Notes under the pieces: model-generated
Seen by the model: the letters and a program-made list of their open reading frames with translations, nothing else
What the model was told of the DNA's origin: nothing
The model's database searches: none
Program-made: the position numbers and the translations under genes
Source: Cenococcum geophilum
Lineage: Eukaryota
Assembly: GCA_050273025.1 (NCBI GenBank)
Contig: CP158635.1
Location: 19,716,001 to 19,780,000 of the forward strand
Length of the DNA: 64,000 nucleotides
Direction: 5' to 3'
Part shown: positions 10,690 through 23,579 of the stretch, piece by piece
Numbering within the stretch: position 1 is the first letter of the stretch
Layout of the letters: the number at the start of each line of letters is the position of its first letter

Positions 10690-13600
10690 CTTAGCTGCTT
10701 TTACTATTTATCCTAGCTTCTATATAATAACGCGATGCGAGTTCCTTCTTTAAGAAAGTTGTCCGAGTACAGAGTATTATAGTAGTCCTAATTAATATAA
10801 TTATTGACGTAGTATAAATCTAGACAAGAAGTAGCGGCTAGAATAATATGCGCGCTTTGTAGAATAGATGGCATTAAATAAAAGCGACTACCTCTAAGTA
10901 CTTACCTAGTATTTACGCTCGGGCGCGGCCACCTTTTCACCTTAACTATGCCGTGTGTTGGATGCGGCAGTCCACGATTTAATGGCTGAAGCAGCTCTAC
11001 TATAGCTCTAGTATACTGCATGTATACACCATACTTATCTAACCTTTTAATATCTAGAATAGTAACAATTAGCTAAAGCTGGCCTATAAGTCTTCTACCT
11101 AATAGCGTGCGGCCCTTTCTAATACGGTTGCTGTTATCTATATACTCCTGGACCCATACATAATTACGCCTCTACTAGTTAAAATATTGCCAATTTGGTG
11201 TGCAACGTACTACCTCACTAATTTGGCCCTTAAGGTTAGTTATATTTTTTCCGTCTTGTTTCTAATAGCGAATAGATAGATATATTTTAATAAGTAGGCA
11301 CTTAACCTATAAGGGGTCCTTCTCTTTCCGGTCCATATTAGAGTTCTAGGTACATTCGCCTTGTAGTTTTCGCCTATACTCTCGGATAAATACCACAATG
11401 CCGTCTAGAAACCCTGGGATTTTGTAGTAGTTTGCTATATAAGATATATAAAGCCACGTCTTTAACCTAAGACGCCTCTAGATAAGATCTGTTGCCCTAT
11501 TTATATCTTCCAAAGGCTACCAAAGCTTTGCAACTGCTAAATGCTATATTGGTTAAGTAGCCTACACCTTTAGACGCTGGGAAGACTGTGGTATAGAATT
11601 ACTATTTATAAAAGCTATTTCGTCTTCTATTACTAGTACTGCTACCCGTCTTAAATTGTAAGAGTAGATTTAAGATAGCGAATCCTATTTATTTATTAAG
11701 TTATAAAACGCCTTAATAATGTAACGGTGTCCAGCTTCGCTATTTGCACTAGTGTAGTACCTATCTGCATATCCGTATAGGCGGATATTTTCCTTAAAAT
11801 ATATAAAGGTATGGAATTTTGATATATTAAAATGGCCTATATTAGAATCCTTTACCTTTAGACGGAAACTTTAAAACACGCCTTTAAGTATATTAATTTG
11901 ATATAGGGCGTGGTGTATATATTATAGTGTCTCCTTATTATGGGTGCGGTACTAAGCTATAATAATAAAGTTGTATACGGCTCTTATAAAATGCATAGTA
12001 TATAGTTCCCTAGATAACAGCAGTGGGGCTAGCATAGCGACAAGTTAACGAACTATGGCTTTTTATTTATTACCTGTCTATTAAGTAACTTTACTAAATG
12101 ACAGGTTATTAAACCATTTTAGCCCTATAAAAGCTAGGACTTATCTAAAACGCTAATTAAGCTAAGCCTCCGCAGATATATTTGTTATAGTTATCTTTAT
12201 CCCTCTTCTCTTTTTTTTTGGCTAGATAATATTGCCTACCAGTTTCTATACCTATTTAATAAGTTATATAACGATACCCTTTAGAAGCTAATATAGAACA
12301 TCTACTATTATGCCCTTATGGATATTAAATAGGCGATAGTGCCACGTAAAATATTCTACTAGGTATACCCAGTTATCTAAGAATAAAAGAATATTCTCTA
12401 GTTTCTGGCGTTTAATCTATCTTCTTGTCTCCTTATAGGTACGTAGCGGGTATTATTTCTTAGTTAAGTTCTTACGCTTTAGAGGGGGAACCTAGTATAT
12501 AGTACAATGCTGTTGGCTTTTAACACCTATAAGCAGCACTTATTCTTTATAGTCTACTATTATTCTATATATAATTAGATAACATCGTCACATAAAATTA
12601 TCCGTATATTAAAGGTCTACGCCGCTTTTTATAAGATGCTTAATTGCTATTATGTTTTAGTTAATAGAATATAGCGTTAGAATACTAAAATAGGACTTAC
12701 GTTTAAGTATAGTTCTCATTGCCTTATAATATACTTTACTTTTTATATTATTATCTTTTTCTTTAATAACTAGTATAAAGCCGATAAGGATATTTATAGG
12801 GGATATCTATTGGCGCTGAACTTGTTGGTTAAGATTACCGATAGTAAGATATACCGGCTAGGCCGATTTATTGCTATAGTGCATTATTAGCTAGGTCTTA
12901 TTAACTACTATAAGTATAGGAACTACTATAGTACCGCTAGGAAGCTTACCTTGTGTCTCTTACCACTAGTTACCGCTATATAGCTTATTATAGACTTAGT
13001 GGTTTTTAGTATTATAGAGTCTCTTTAGTGTATATACTAGTATATCTTTAAAGGGTTAATAGCTAATTAGAAAGGTAATTATATTTATAACATTCTAGTA
13101 AAGAATATGGTATTCCCTCTGCTTAGAGCCTTTAATATTTAATTTTACCTTACACTCTAATCGGAGCTATTGTTCGTCTTATATACTAAATAGAATAGCG
13201 GTAATTAGTTCTTTCCATTAATTTATAGATTGGAAGCTAAGTAGGCTATAAAGTGGGCTAAGGCGGGTGTCTTTAAGCAGTACGTTAACGTCTCTCTTTG
13301 TGCAGCAAATATAGTATAGCTATATTAAAAAGGTATAATTAAACTCCGAATAAAAAGGATTATATAGTATACTTTAGCTATTATTATATTATAATATAGT
13401 AATATCTAAAATTATCTAGCTAACTTACTATATATTATTATCGGTCTCATATAAAATTGGTTTACCCACCTTTATATTCTTAGTTACTTTAAATATCTTT
13501 ACTCTAAGTAATAATAATAACAATATAACGCTTTTCTAATATAGTATACCGCATAAAGGCACCAAATAGGCATTCTGCTTATATTCTACCGCCACCGGAG

Positions 13601-13853
13601 CGTACTTATTGGTATCCATATCTATACCGTCCGGTTATAATCGCGCGTTATCTAACTAGTAAGAGTGGTAGAATTAATCGCGAATTGTGAGTAGTCGGGC
13701 TATAATAAATGTGTGAGTGTTATATCTCTCTTTGCGTGCTTTTTTATAGACGTATTAGTGGCTAGGTAGTCGCCTTTTATAGCACCATAGGTGTCGGTAA
13801 AGGCCGCTATAACTCTTAGGGGTATAAGAACACTATAGACAGCTCCGCTGTAT
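10690..13853 (-). pseudogene. Plavaka transposase (CACTA/EnSpm-related), RIP-inactivated
   Basis: Minus strand: LPSGTIVVPILIVVNKT*L....KSA*PVYLTIGNL (=PI...DKTQL...AWPVYLTIGNL, ~12830-12945); DVLY*LLKGIV (=DxLHQLxKG, ~12270-12305); C-terminal YYVNNYIN*DYYNTLY; N-terminal CxxC...H C2H2-like finger. Confidence 0.88.
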
Positions 13854-13999
13854 TATCGCTAATTATATATTAAATAATGTGGTATTGTTTCTAGGCGTAA
13901 AGAGTGCGTATTATAGTACTAACCGTTAATTGCCGGTATTTAATCTGTGTAGGTGGCTTGGCTTTATAGCTACTAAGAGTATACCTTTTATTTTCTTGC

Positions 14000-14330
14000 T
14001 AGAACTAGTTACGCTAAAGCATAAGTATAACTAGCCTAATACCAAGTTTAAGGACTTAAAAGAGTCCAAGGCAGCTAAAATAGACGCTAAAGCGCAAGTA
14101 TAACTAGCTTAATACCGAGTTTAAGGACTTAAAAGAGTCTAAGGCAGCCAAACTAGATGCTAAAGCATAAGTATAACCAGCTTAACACCGAGTTTAAGGA
14201 CTTAAAAGAGTCTAAGGCAGCCAAACTATATACTAAAGTGTAAGTGTAACTAGCTTAATACCGAGCTTAACACCGAGTTTAAGGACTTAAAGAGTCTAAA
14301 GTAGTAGAACTAGACACTATAAACTAAAGA
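14000..14330. repeat. 73-bp tandem repeat, ~4.3 copies, upstream of the transposase
   Basis: The GCTAAAGC anchor (variant ACTAAAGT in the fourth copy) recurs at 14013, 14086, 14159 and 14232. Confidence 0.9.
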
Positions 14331-14379
14331 CTTAATAGTACCTAAAAAACTTTTATCTATCTAAATAATAATATATAGT

Positions 14380-15300
14380 ATTCTTAGGTAATAGCTATAG
14401 GACTATAGTAACGGCGAAGATATTATTTACTACTGATGTTATAGAGCCCGATAATATTAGCTATCTAGACCTACGAATTCCGTTGTTTTTATATAAGCCA
14501 TAGAAAGAAAAAAAGGGAAGATTAAGGGTAGTGCTAGTTAAGTTGAGATAACTGAATAAGTTAGCACTTAGAACTATAATATCCAGTCTTAGGTATATAG
14601 AGTTCTAACTAATATCTAACTTAAGCTGCCGCCTGGAAGTCTTATATTCGTCGTTAGGGTAACGTTAAAGGGCTAGGCTAGATAACGGGTATTAGCAATA
14701 ATATAGATAATTTAAAGCCCGCGAAGTAACTAAATAGAAAGCCCGTGTCTTATAGGCTAACTACTTGTCTTTAACGGCTTTTAAAAGTTTATTTCTAGAA
14801 TTCCTTTTAACATCTCCGGTTTCCTATTAAATAGATATATTAGTATAAGCCTATATACTACTAGGGTGCGGAGAGCTAAAATACAGTTAGAGCTTTTTAA
14901 ATGATTTGCTAGAAAAGAACGGGTTATTTAGGTTAGCCTGTAGATCGGCCAGCTTAACCTTAACATCCTACTTTAGCTTGCGAAGATTAGGGCCATCTCT
15001 ACCCGGTATGCCACCGTCGATCTATGTATTAGCATCTCCCTTATTCGCAGCGGCTAAAGAGGCTTTAGGTGTCTGGTTTCTGGAAGGCATTATAATGCGG
15101 CTTTTAAGAGAGCCCGCTCCGCGCTAGGGCACTAAACGCTATATTATAGGTAGAGCTTATAGTAGTTGTATAAGGCGGGATATATTTCTAGGCAGTGTGC
15201 GTTTAGAGAAATTAAGGCTAAGGTAAGCTTAACGTAGCTATATTTTTAAAGACAAAGAGGCTGTGGTGTTGGTTTAGGCGGCTATAGAAGTTTAAAAGAT
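14380..15300 (-). pseudogene. RIP-degenerate hypothetical gene
   Basis: A coding-like, Ser/Pro/Arg-rich minus-strand frame is recoverable after de-RIPing. No family was recognised. Confidence 0.35.
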
Positions 15301-15601
15301 TAAGCGAATAATGGCAGGAAATGGAAGAAAAAGGCGCGTAAATGAGAGTACGGTGTTATAGGGCTAGAGTGACAATAGCTGTGTTATGGATGGCTTGATA
15401 TGCAATTCAGACTACGGGACCTATATGCAAATAAGTCTAGCGAATATCTTTAATATAAAGCGTAGTAGCTATAAGTGGGATCTAGGATACTAGTTTTAGG
15501 TTGCCTATGTAGTAGATATAATAGCTTATCTAAAAAAAAGTTGCTTTATTAGTGATATAGCTTAAAAATGGGTTATACTTTAGGTGAAAGGGTATCCTAA
15601 A

Positions 15602-15924
15602 GCCTTATCTTGCGCTTATGGGATAAAATACCATATTATATTTTACTTTATTTTGTATAATCTTAGACTTTTTATAATGTCTTAGATTATCCCCCTATCT
15701 CTCTCTACTATATACTTTACCTTATTTTATACTTATGGGATAAAATACTATATTATATTTTACTTTTTTTTATACAATCTTGGACCTTTTATAATGTCTT
15801 GGATTATCCCCCCGCCTCTCTTTACTATGCATTTTACCTTACCTTGCGCTTGTGGAATAAAATGCTATATTATATTTTACTTTTTCGTACAATCTTGGAC
15901 ATTTTTAATGTCTTAGATTGTCCT
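15602..15924. repeat. 117-bp tandem repeat, ~2.7 copies
   Basis: A TTATGGGATAAAATA-like anchor recurs at 15616, 15733 and 15850. Confidence 0.88.
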
Positions 15925-16516
15925 AAACTTGTTCTCTAACCTCTCTAGAGCTGCTTTACTAACTAGTTACAACACAAAGAATAGAATTATTAGCTCTCTT
16001 ATTATTATATATCTAGTTTAGTTGCTTAAGTATACCTATTAGGGCATCTATTATCCTGTCTATAACTCTTTGGCTTTCTATATAATGTATATAACAACTA
16101 ATATTCTAAGGCTTCTACTGCGGATTATACTTGTTTTTATATGCCTTGCTATTTACATCTTGCAATTTTATTTACTTAGTTAGCAGCGCAAATCTTGCAT
16201 CTTATCTCGCTATATACCTTTTGTTCCGTTTCTTACTCTAAGTCTTACATTTTGTTCTACTGCCCATATTAAAGCTTATATCTTATCCTACTTCTCGCAT
16301 TAAGACTCGCATTCTATTCTATTTCTCGCATCGCTCTTATATCGCTCTCGTTAGAATCCGCTATTGTTTTAAGTTAACACTATTAGCATACCTTCTTATT
16401 ATAACTGTTAGGATTGTCTTATTGGATTATTACTAATTATCTAATATATTATCCGCTCTACTATCTTTATAAGTCACTCTATACTATTCTATATAAAACT
16501 TTTACCCGCTTATAAA

Positions 16517-19500
16517 TATATAGGGTCCTTAACTATAATAGCGGCGCTATACCCAGACTCTAGTTGGTACTTAACCACTGCGACTAATAAGAACTTATTG
16601 TAAATAAGTGGTCTAAAGCTGTAGTAAGGACTCGCGATTAACGAAAAAACATATAAAGAAATCCTCTAATACTATGCTAGCGAAATTAACGAAGCGTTTA
16701 GCGGTAGGTTGCTAGCGTCTGGGCCCGTATAAAATGGAGTTAAGCGTATAGTCTTTAACCTTTTTAACACTAAGTATAGGCACGTGTTTAAGAGATCCGA
16801 TCTACCATTAGAGTTTAAAGCTTTTGCTATTACCGCTAAAAAATCTATATGGCGATATGTAACGACTAATAAACGTGGAGGCGTGGAGGTTATAATAGCT
16901 GATATTATTTTAAAGCATAGCGGCTTGTCTTCCAGAGAGCAGTTTGTTGATTTATCTAGATTAAGGGTAGCCTCTAAGGCTGCCTAGGTGTTTGGTGGAC
17001 TGTCTATTAAAGTCCTATAATAGCTAAATACTATACTTATACTATTCTATAAAATGAGCTTTGCTATATATAGTTACCTAAATAAAACGCCATTAAATAG
17101 GGCCCCTATTCTATACGGATTTGCATTAAAAATTAAGTATAAGCATCTATTATCTGATTCTCTAGAGAAAGTTAATGTATATTATTATAGATATAATAAG
17201 CTGTAGGCCGCGATAAGTATAAACTTCTTAGCGGATAAATATAGGGATAGCTGGGCTATAGTAGATCTAACTACTAGTATATTAATTCTCAACTATATAA
17301 ACCTAGTATTTACGGTGCTTTTTATAAAGAAGGCTGGACTTAATATAATTATAATTGGAGTTAAAAATCCTAATTAGATTATAAAGTGTAAGAGACTTTA
17401 TAACTTATATAAGATTGTATAATATTATATAGAGTTATCTAACGTATATTTATAGGTATAAGATTTAATAAGAGTACTTCTAAGTCTGACTTTAACCCTA
17501 ATATTATACAACCGGTGCTAACTAGGAGAAGAATAGGTATACCTGCCCTAGGTTAAAGTAGTTATAAGCAGTTAATTCTAGAGTCTACGCTACCTATATC
17601 TAAGCAGTTAAATCTAAAGCCTATATTAACCCTAAAGTCTACGCCACCTATACCTACTGGTGTATTATTAGCCGTATAGCCGGCTATAATTAAAACTGCT
17701 TGTAGTTGGACCTATAGTAGTAAAGACTAGCCCCTGCTAGATAAATTGGAGCTCTTAAAAGGCGTGGATCTGGATAAAGTATAAACATTTAAGATAATGC
17801 TATAAGATGAGATGAAAGGATAGTATAATAAATAGCTAAAGTCTAATTGCGAAATATTTATTGATATATTATTTAAGGATATAAATAATAACCCTAACCT
17901 AATTTGTATTGGGGAAATTAATCTTAACCGCACATGGGAGCGCCGCTACTTTAATGCCTTAATTAACCCTATTTTGACTAATAAGGAACTAGAAGATAAG
18001 CACGAGGATGGAATTAAGGAGGTTAATTAGGAAGTTAATTACTTAAAGGACGTGCGAGAAGTATATATTAACCTAATATTATAGGTAAAGGCGCTACAGT
18101 TCCTCTTATTTCCGTTAACTATTTATAATACTCTTTAAGATGTAACCTTCTACTTATACGGCATAAAAAAGGGTAAAGCTATATAGATATATTAGCTGCT
18201 TAGTGTTACTTATACTCTTTGTAATTATATAGCCCTAAGTAGGACCTTTCTCGCGGATATAATGGGTTTAGGTAAGATACTTTAAATGCTTTTAATCTGG
18301 TATACTAGCGTGTTAATAACTAAGATTAACCTTAACTGGCTTAATTGGAAAAATTAAGAAGGTAGAGATAAAAGTCTCTATCTTGCCCCTGGTATAAATA
18401 AATACCTATAGCCGCCTAATACTTAATACCTAAGTTAAATAGATAGTATACTACAGTGCTGTTATGTTAAGAGAAGTATTACCAGAAATTTTCTTTACCG
18501 GCTAGTAGGACTAACTATATATATTACTAGACAGAATCTACTACCCTAAGCAGTTAAAGACGTTAAATTATAGTTTAAAACCTTAGAACTAAATAATTAT
18601 ATTCCCAGAGGTAAACTACAAGTTCGCGTACGCTATTCGGCTTTTATTAGGTCTAGTATAAAGAAGTATAATTTTATAGATAAAGATAAAGATATTCTTA
18701 AACCTATAAAATGCGAAAGAGAAGGTGAGAAGGTCTGGTGGATAATAGACCTAAGATTGGCTTTGTATCTTATAATTATAATATTATAAACTTAGGCAAT
18801 AACCTGGACCGCTTAGGAATAGTATAAGACTATTTTTAATCTCTATAGAGACGGTGGTCCTTATTATATTATTAGTGGGATTCTTACTGACGAGTTCTAT
18901 ATAGATAGGTTAGAGATAGGTTATCTAATAAAAATGGCTAAATAAGTATATAATAATTAAGTAGTATTTCCTCGCTTTTAACGCCTGGGCCTATCTTATA
19001 AGGATGGTAATAGTAAAATAGCCTACTACACCTCTTGACCTTTAGTAGTGTTTACTTTCGGTATACTAACTAGCGAAGGTTTTATAAGTCTAATTCCCGC
19101 TTTAGAAATTTTTAGGGCCCCTAATTAGGCGGATTCCATAAATATAAAATTAATTAATAATTGTAATATTAAAGCATTAATTAAATATAAAAAGCTAGGA
19201 GCAGCTAATTGCTCTTTTTTTCCAAATAAGGTTATTACGGGCTTTAAAAAATGCTTCTCTTTAATTATAAAGATCTTAATTATACGTAGGATAGGGGAAG
19301 ACCGATGGTTTAATAGGAGGGTAATTAATAAGCTACCACTGGTTGTTTACTAAGACTGCTATATAATAAATGATTTAATATTTAAACCGTATATTAATAA
19401 GCTCTAGCGTGGAGCATCTTTAGATGCTTTTAAACAGCTAAATAAAGCTTTTAAACACTGGAAAGCTAAAGGAAGAAAAGGAGAAGAACCCGTCTTTAAT

Positions 19501-19835
19501 ATAGATTAATTTCTAGAGGGAGCCGGTCGCTTATTAAAAATTTTTGCTATCTTTTTAGGCCTGGCTAAGGTAGGAGATAAGTGGTAGGATATATAGTGGA
19601 AGGATAAGGCAAAAGTTAGAATAAAGCCAAGGTGGACAGTTAATGAGTTTTGCAGCAAAAAATAGGATAAACCTTTAGATAAGAATCCGCTTTAGAGGAA
19701 TTAAAGTATAATTACTAACTCTAGGAAACTAAAGCTAATTATAAAATACGTTAATAAAGTACTTAAAAGGAATCCTAATAAGAGATTACTGTTTAGTAGT
19801 TACGAACCAGCAGCATATACGCTATTACGCCTTAT
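16517..19835 (+). pseudogene. SNF2-family helicase-like gene, RIP-inactivated and 3'-truncated (start uncertain)
   Basis: FLADIMGLGKIL*ML (=LADxMGLGKT, motif I, ~18245-18290); ILTDEFY (DExH-like motif II, ~18880-18900); VLLSGxP motif III (~19050); SxKL..I...V...L.....K.LLFS start of the HELICc region (~19720-19800). The frame then enters an intron-like sequence and stops. Confidence 0.75.
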
Positions 19836-20449
19836 AAGTTAGCCATTAAACTAGTAGTAAACTATTACTACTAGAATCTTGTTATTAGGGAAGACGCAGC
19901 CGGATTTGGAGGTTCCTACCCCCCGTTTTAGGAGGCTGTTTCTCCTCGCTTAGACCCATATCTATCGCCGCTTTTACAACATGCTAAGCGTGCCAAGGGC
20001 GGCAGGGTCTCCCTCACCTACCAAACCTAGAAGCGCGCGTGCAGCCCTGTAATACACCTCTCGAAGCTCCCTAAACGTCCCTTAATGGCTATTTAAGAAG
20101 CTATGGACGTCCGCCGCCTACCTAATCCAGTTTCTACCTTCGTCCTTATCCTCCGCCAAAAGCACTACCCTCACCCGACGAAACCTCCCTTCTGCACTAC
20201 GCTCCTTTAACCCTTTTCCCACAGTAGCTACGTATGCATTTTCCCCTATTATTATATCATTCGCTTCTAATACTTAATTTCTAGGTTTCTACTTACGGGG
20301 TTTTTTAGCCCTGTCCCGCTCTTAAGAACACCTATCTCCCGTAGAGCCTTTTTCAGCGTTCCCATTAACAGCAGTTACTCTTAAGCTAGCTTCTGCGTGT
20401 AGGCAACTAGTAGCTACTAAAGCACTAAGACACCACGCGTTTAACCACC

Positions 20450-23192
20450 ATGCCCTTTTAAAGCAAGAAATGGTAAAATATAGATTTAGCCTCTAGCTTA
20501 GACCTTAAATTAGGCAAGCCGTCTTATTCTAAGCCAGCTTCAGACTTAGATTTAAGCTCTAATTTTAGAGCTAGGGAAGACGCTAAGTCTAAGGGGGAAT
20601 ATTTACGGCAGAGGATTATATATTATAAGGGTTAAGGAAGAGCAAAGTTAAAACGGAAGCCCTGGTCTACTTCTCTTATTAAGCGTAAGTTTTAGAATTA
20701 GGAAAAGTTCGTTTATATTTAGACTAAGATTTACCTTATAATACTAACGATTTATATTTAGGTTCTACCTAAAAGTTAAGTCTAACCCAACCAAGGCCCT
20801 TTATTAGTGTATGGCCGACACATTTAAAATATACCTTAAATAGCGCGTAAAGAATTCTTAAATTAAGAAGGAAAGCGCGATTAAGGTATATTAGAGACGA
20901 ATTCTATATAAATTTATAGATATAGCAGGCCATAGTATAAATAATAGCGCAGAACTTAATATATAAGATATAAGGCAATCTTTAACCTTTAAAAAAAAAA
21001 ACTTAGTTAATTTGTTATAGTAGATTCTAACCTACTTAATGCTAATATACGAGCTAGATACGTTAGAGAAAGAAAAGTATGCAATATATATGTAAGACTT
21101 ATATACAATTATTAATGCCTATTAAATAATAGACGCGAAGCCTCGCTATAGTTGTTTTTGAGTATAAATAAAAGCAATCCTCCTCCTCTCTAGTGCCATG
21201 GCAATAAGACCCTAAGCTCTTATTAAAAGTTTAAGCGCGAGAGGCTCTAATAAAGCGCTTTTATATAAATATATCACAATCCTAAAAGTTCGCGATACGA
21301 AAAACTTTAATTAAACTATAACTATCGCCCTCGTAAGTCTTGTGTATATTAAGAATTCTAGAGGCATAGGTAGACGGTATATAGTAACGCCGATTAAAGA
21401 CGGCGCGAATGGCGCTAATAGACCTATAGTAAGAGGTTTATTTTCCGTCTTAAAAGCATCCTAGCTTTTTATATTCTATCCCATCTTATAAGCCTTACTA
21501 TTACAAATAATACATTTCGGCGCTATTATACTTCGCTAGAAGAGATTTTTAAACTTAAAATCCTAGCAAATAAAAAGAGTTTTAAAGTAAAGTTTAAGAA
21601 GCAGATGGAGGAATAACCTATCTTTTAAGATATTAAGATAATAGCTAGTTATAGGGGAGTATCGGACACTAAAGCATTCCCTTACCAGAAATGCCGCGAT
21701 TACTACGTGTGGTTAGGCCAAGTGGCCGGGTTTAAATAATTGCTTAAACTTTACTAGCTATAATAAGCGTCCGGAAGGAAATTAAATAGTAAGTGTCTAA
21801 TTTAATATAAGTGTATCTATTAACTAACCTTTCTAGCTACCCTTACTCTAGAAGAGCGAAATTAGATAATAGGTTATCACGGTAATACCTACTAACGGTT
21901 TTATTTACCTAATTTAATTAAGCGCGATTTCCAGTTAATCTACTTTAGGACTTCATCATAGGACAACCTTATCTAATATACCGTATAAATGGGGATTTTA
22001 AGGGACGAGCGGGCCTCTATAGGTTTAACTAACGAGCAGAAGCTTAAATTCTAGTTAGAACTTAATTAACACCCTAATATTTTATAGCTTTATAAGAAAC
22101 GAGAGTGATATAAGCAAAAGATCAGGAGCCGAGGATATTACCCTATTAACGCCGCGAAGGGAACGAAACTATATAACCGTTATAACGAAGCCAGACGTAA
22201 ACTTTATAGTATTATAAACGTCCTACGCAAACAAAAAGAGGACTAGGTTATTCTTAATTTTCACGACGCCATTAATAATTACAATATTAAAAGACAGCTT
22301 AATAGTAGCGTTGGGACGGATATTCTGTAAGGGATATTATTGCGGACACCTCGGGTTGCCCTCAGGACAACCCCCGGACGCCCCTCGGATAATCGCCGGT
22401 CACGTGCCGGAGGCACGTGCCCGTAGTATATAGTCTCCACGATCCCAGAGGCCTTACCTCCTCAAGGATTCGTCTCTCTCACCAATCTATCTTATTCCAA
22501 TCGTGTCCTTATAGCCCCCTGTCTACAAGATCCCCTCACATATTCCTACCCGTTTAGCTATATAGTATAAATTTCGCGAATATGCTGCTATTACTAAACT
22601 ACTATCTTAGCCGCTAAACGAGCTTGAAGAAGGGCACGCTATAAAACTCCGTATAAAGTTTATCCGCAATCTTATTAAGTATTATAATTAACAAGAGAGC
22701 TAGTAGAATAGGATCCTAAGCAAGGCTATTGGACTTTAACTTAGGTCTAAAGTAGACCAAAGTATAGTAGGCGTAAAAAGAGGTGTAAGTAACACTAATA
22801 CTGGTACCTATTAATAGGCAAAGCGGCAGAAAGAATATATTAGCTTAGACTTGCCTTTTTAAGAAAACCTAGATAAGATATAGAGCGCGGTCCTAATTAA
22901 GGAAGAGGGTATTAAGATAATACAGCTACCGTATCCTATAACGTTTACTAATCTTATTTACCTTATCTATATTAGCGATAACCGACTCTTAACACTAAGG
23001 CAGACCCGCCTATTTACGAAAAAGGATACACTATAGAAGCATCTTAATAATCACGTTATAGAAGGAATGTTTAGGTAGAGGTTCCGCTATAAGCATCCTT
23101 GTTATTTAGAGTGGATTAAAGGACTTAAGCATTTTAAAAATCACGCAGCCCTTATGCATGGCGTATGGCATTTAATTAAAAGGCACCACTAG
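20450..23192 (+). pseudogene. DUF3435 tyrosine recombinase (Starship captain-like) with C-terminal C2H2 zinc-finger region; RIP-inactivated and interrupted by a solo LTR
   Basis: CCACC-ATG at 20450 and an acidic N-terminus. De-RIPed motifs: LLLSxATATRPxALIES...GSNKALLY (~21175-21270); LG.VAGF...L.LY.LRR.SG (~21710-21780); ERNQIMGHHGNTY.RFYL...I.RDFQ.IYFG (~21855-21950); CPIC..., KH...H, C.HP.C...HFKNHAA..H. Confidence 0.85.
22326..22540. mobile_element. Solo LTR (family A), 215 bp, 5-bp TSD TATTC
   Basis: Ends are TGTAAGGG...CCCTCACA, with TATTC at 22321-22325 and 22541-22545. Confidence 0.95.
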
Positions 23193-23429
23193 GTAAGTCG
23201 CCTTGCTTATATAAGAATCCTATACTAACCCTCTAGTACTAATAGAAAGGTATATAACTAGTAAATTTAGAACTATGCGTTCCTTATACATAGGACCTTT
23301 TCCTAGTTATTTCTCGCTTATCTTATTATTCTTTACTACTTTTTATTTTATTTTAGTCTATTATCATCCAATCCTATTCTAGTATTTAGTAGAATAGATA
23401 TAATAACTAGGATTTTATAATTTGTCTAG

Positions 23430-23555
23430 GGGGCAAGGGGTAATAGGTGAGGGTAAAGGTAAGGGTGAGGTAAAGGATGAGATAAAGGGTGGGGTGAGGG
23501 GTAAGGGGTAAGGGGTAAGGGGTAAGGGGTAAGGGGTAAGGGGTAAGGTAAGGGG
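23430..23555. repeat. (GGGGTAA)n-like simple repeat
   Basis: About 6-7 consecutive 7-mers plus degenerate copies between the convergent DUF3435 and BTB genes. Confidence 0.8.
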
Positions 23556-23579
23556 AGGCTGATGGGAGATAGATAATAC

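Noticed and set aside
19865..19876. TTAC-N7-A match as proof of a Starship target site
   Set aside because: The motif is too short to be significant in AT-rich DNA, and no matching right-hand junction with resumed SNF2 sequence was found. It is kept only as a tentative boundary.
23430..23555. Possible interstitial telomere repeat
   Set aside because: The unit is the 7-mer GGGGTAA with GGGTGA variants rather than TTAGGG. It is better explained as a RIPed simple repeat.
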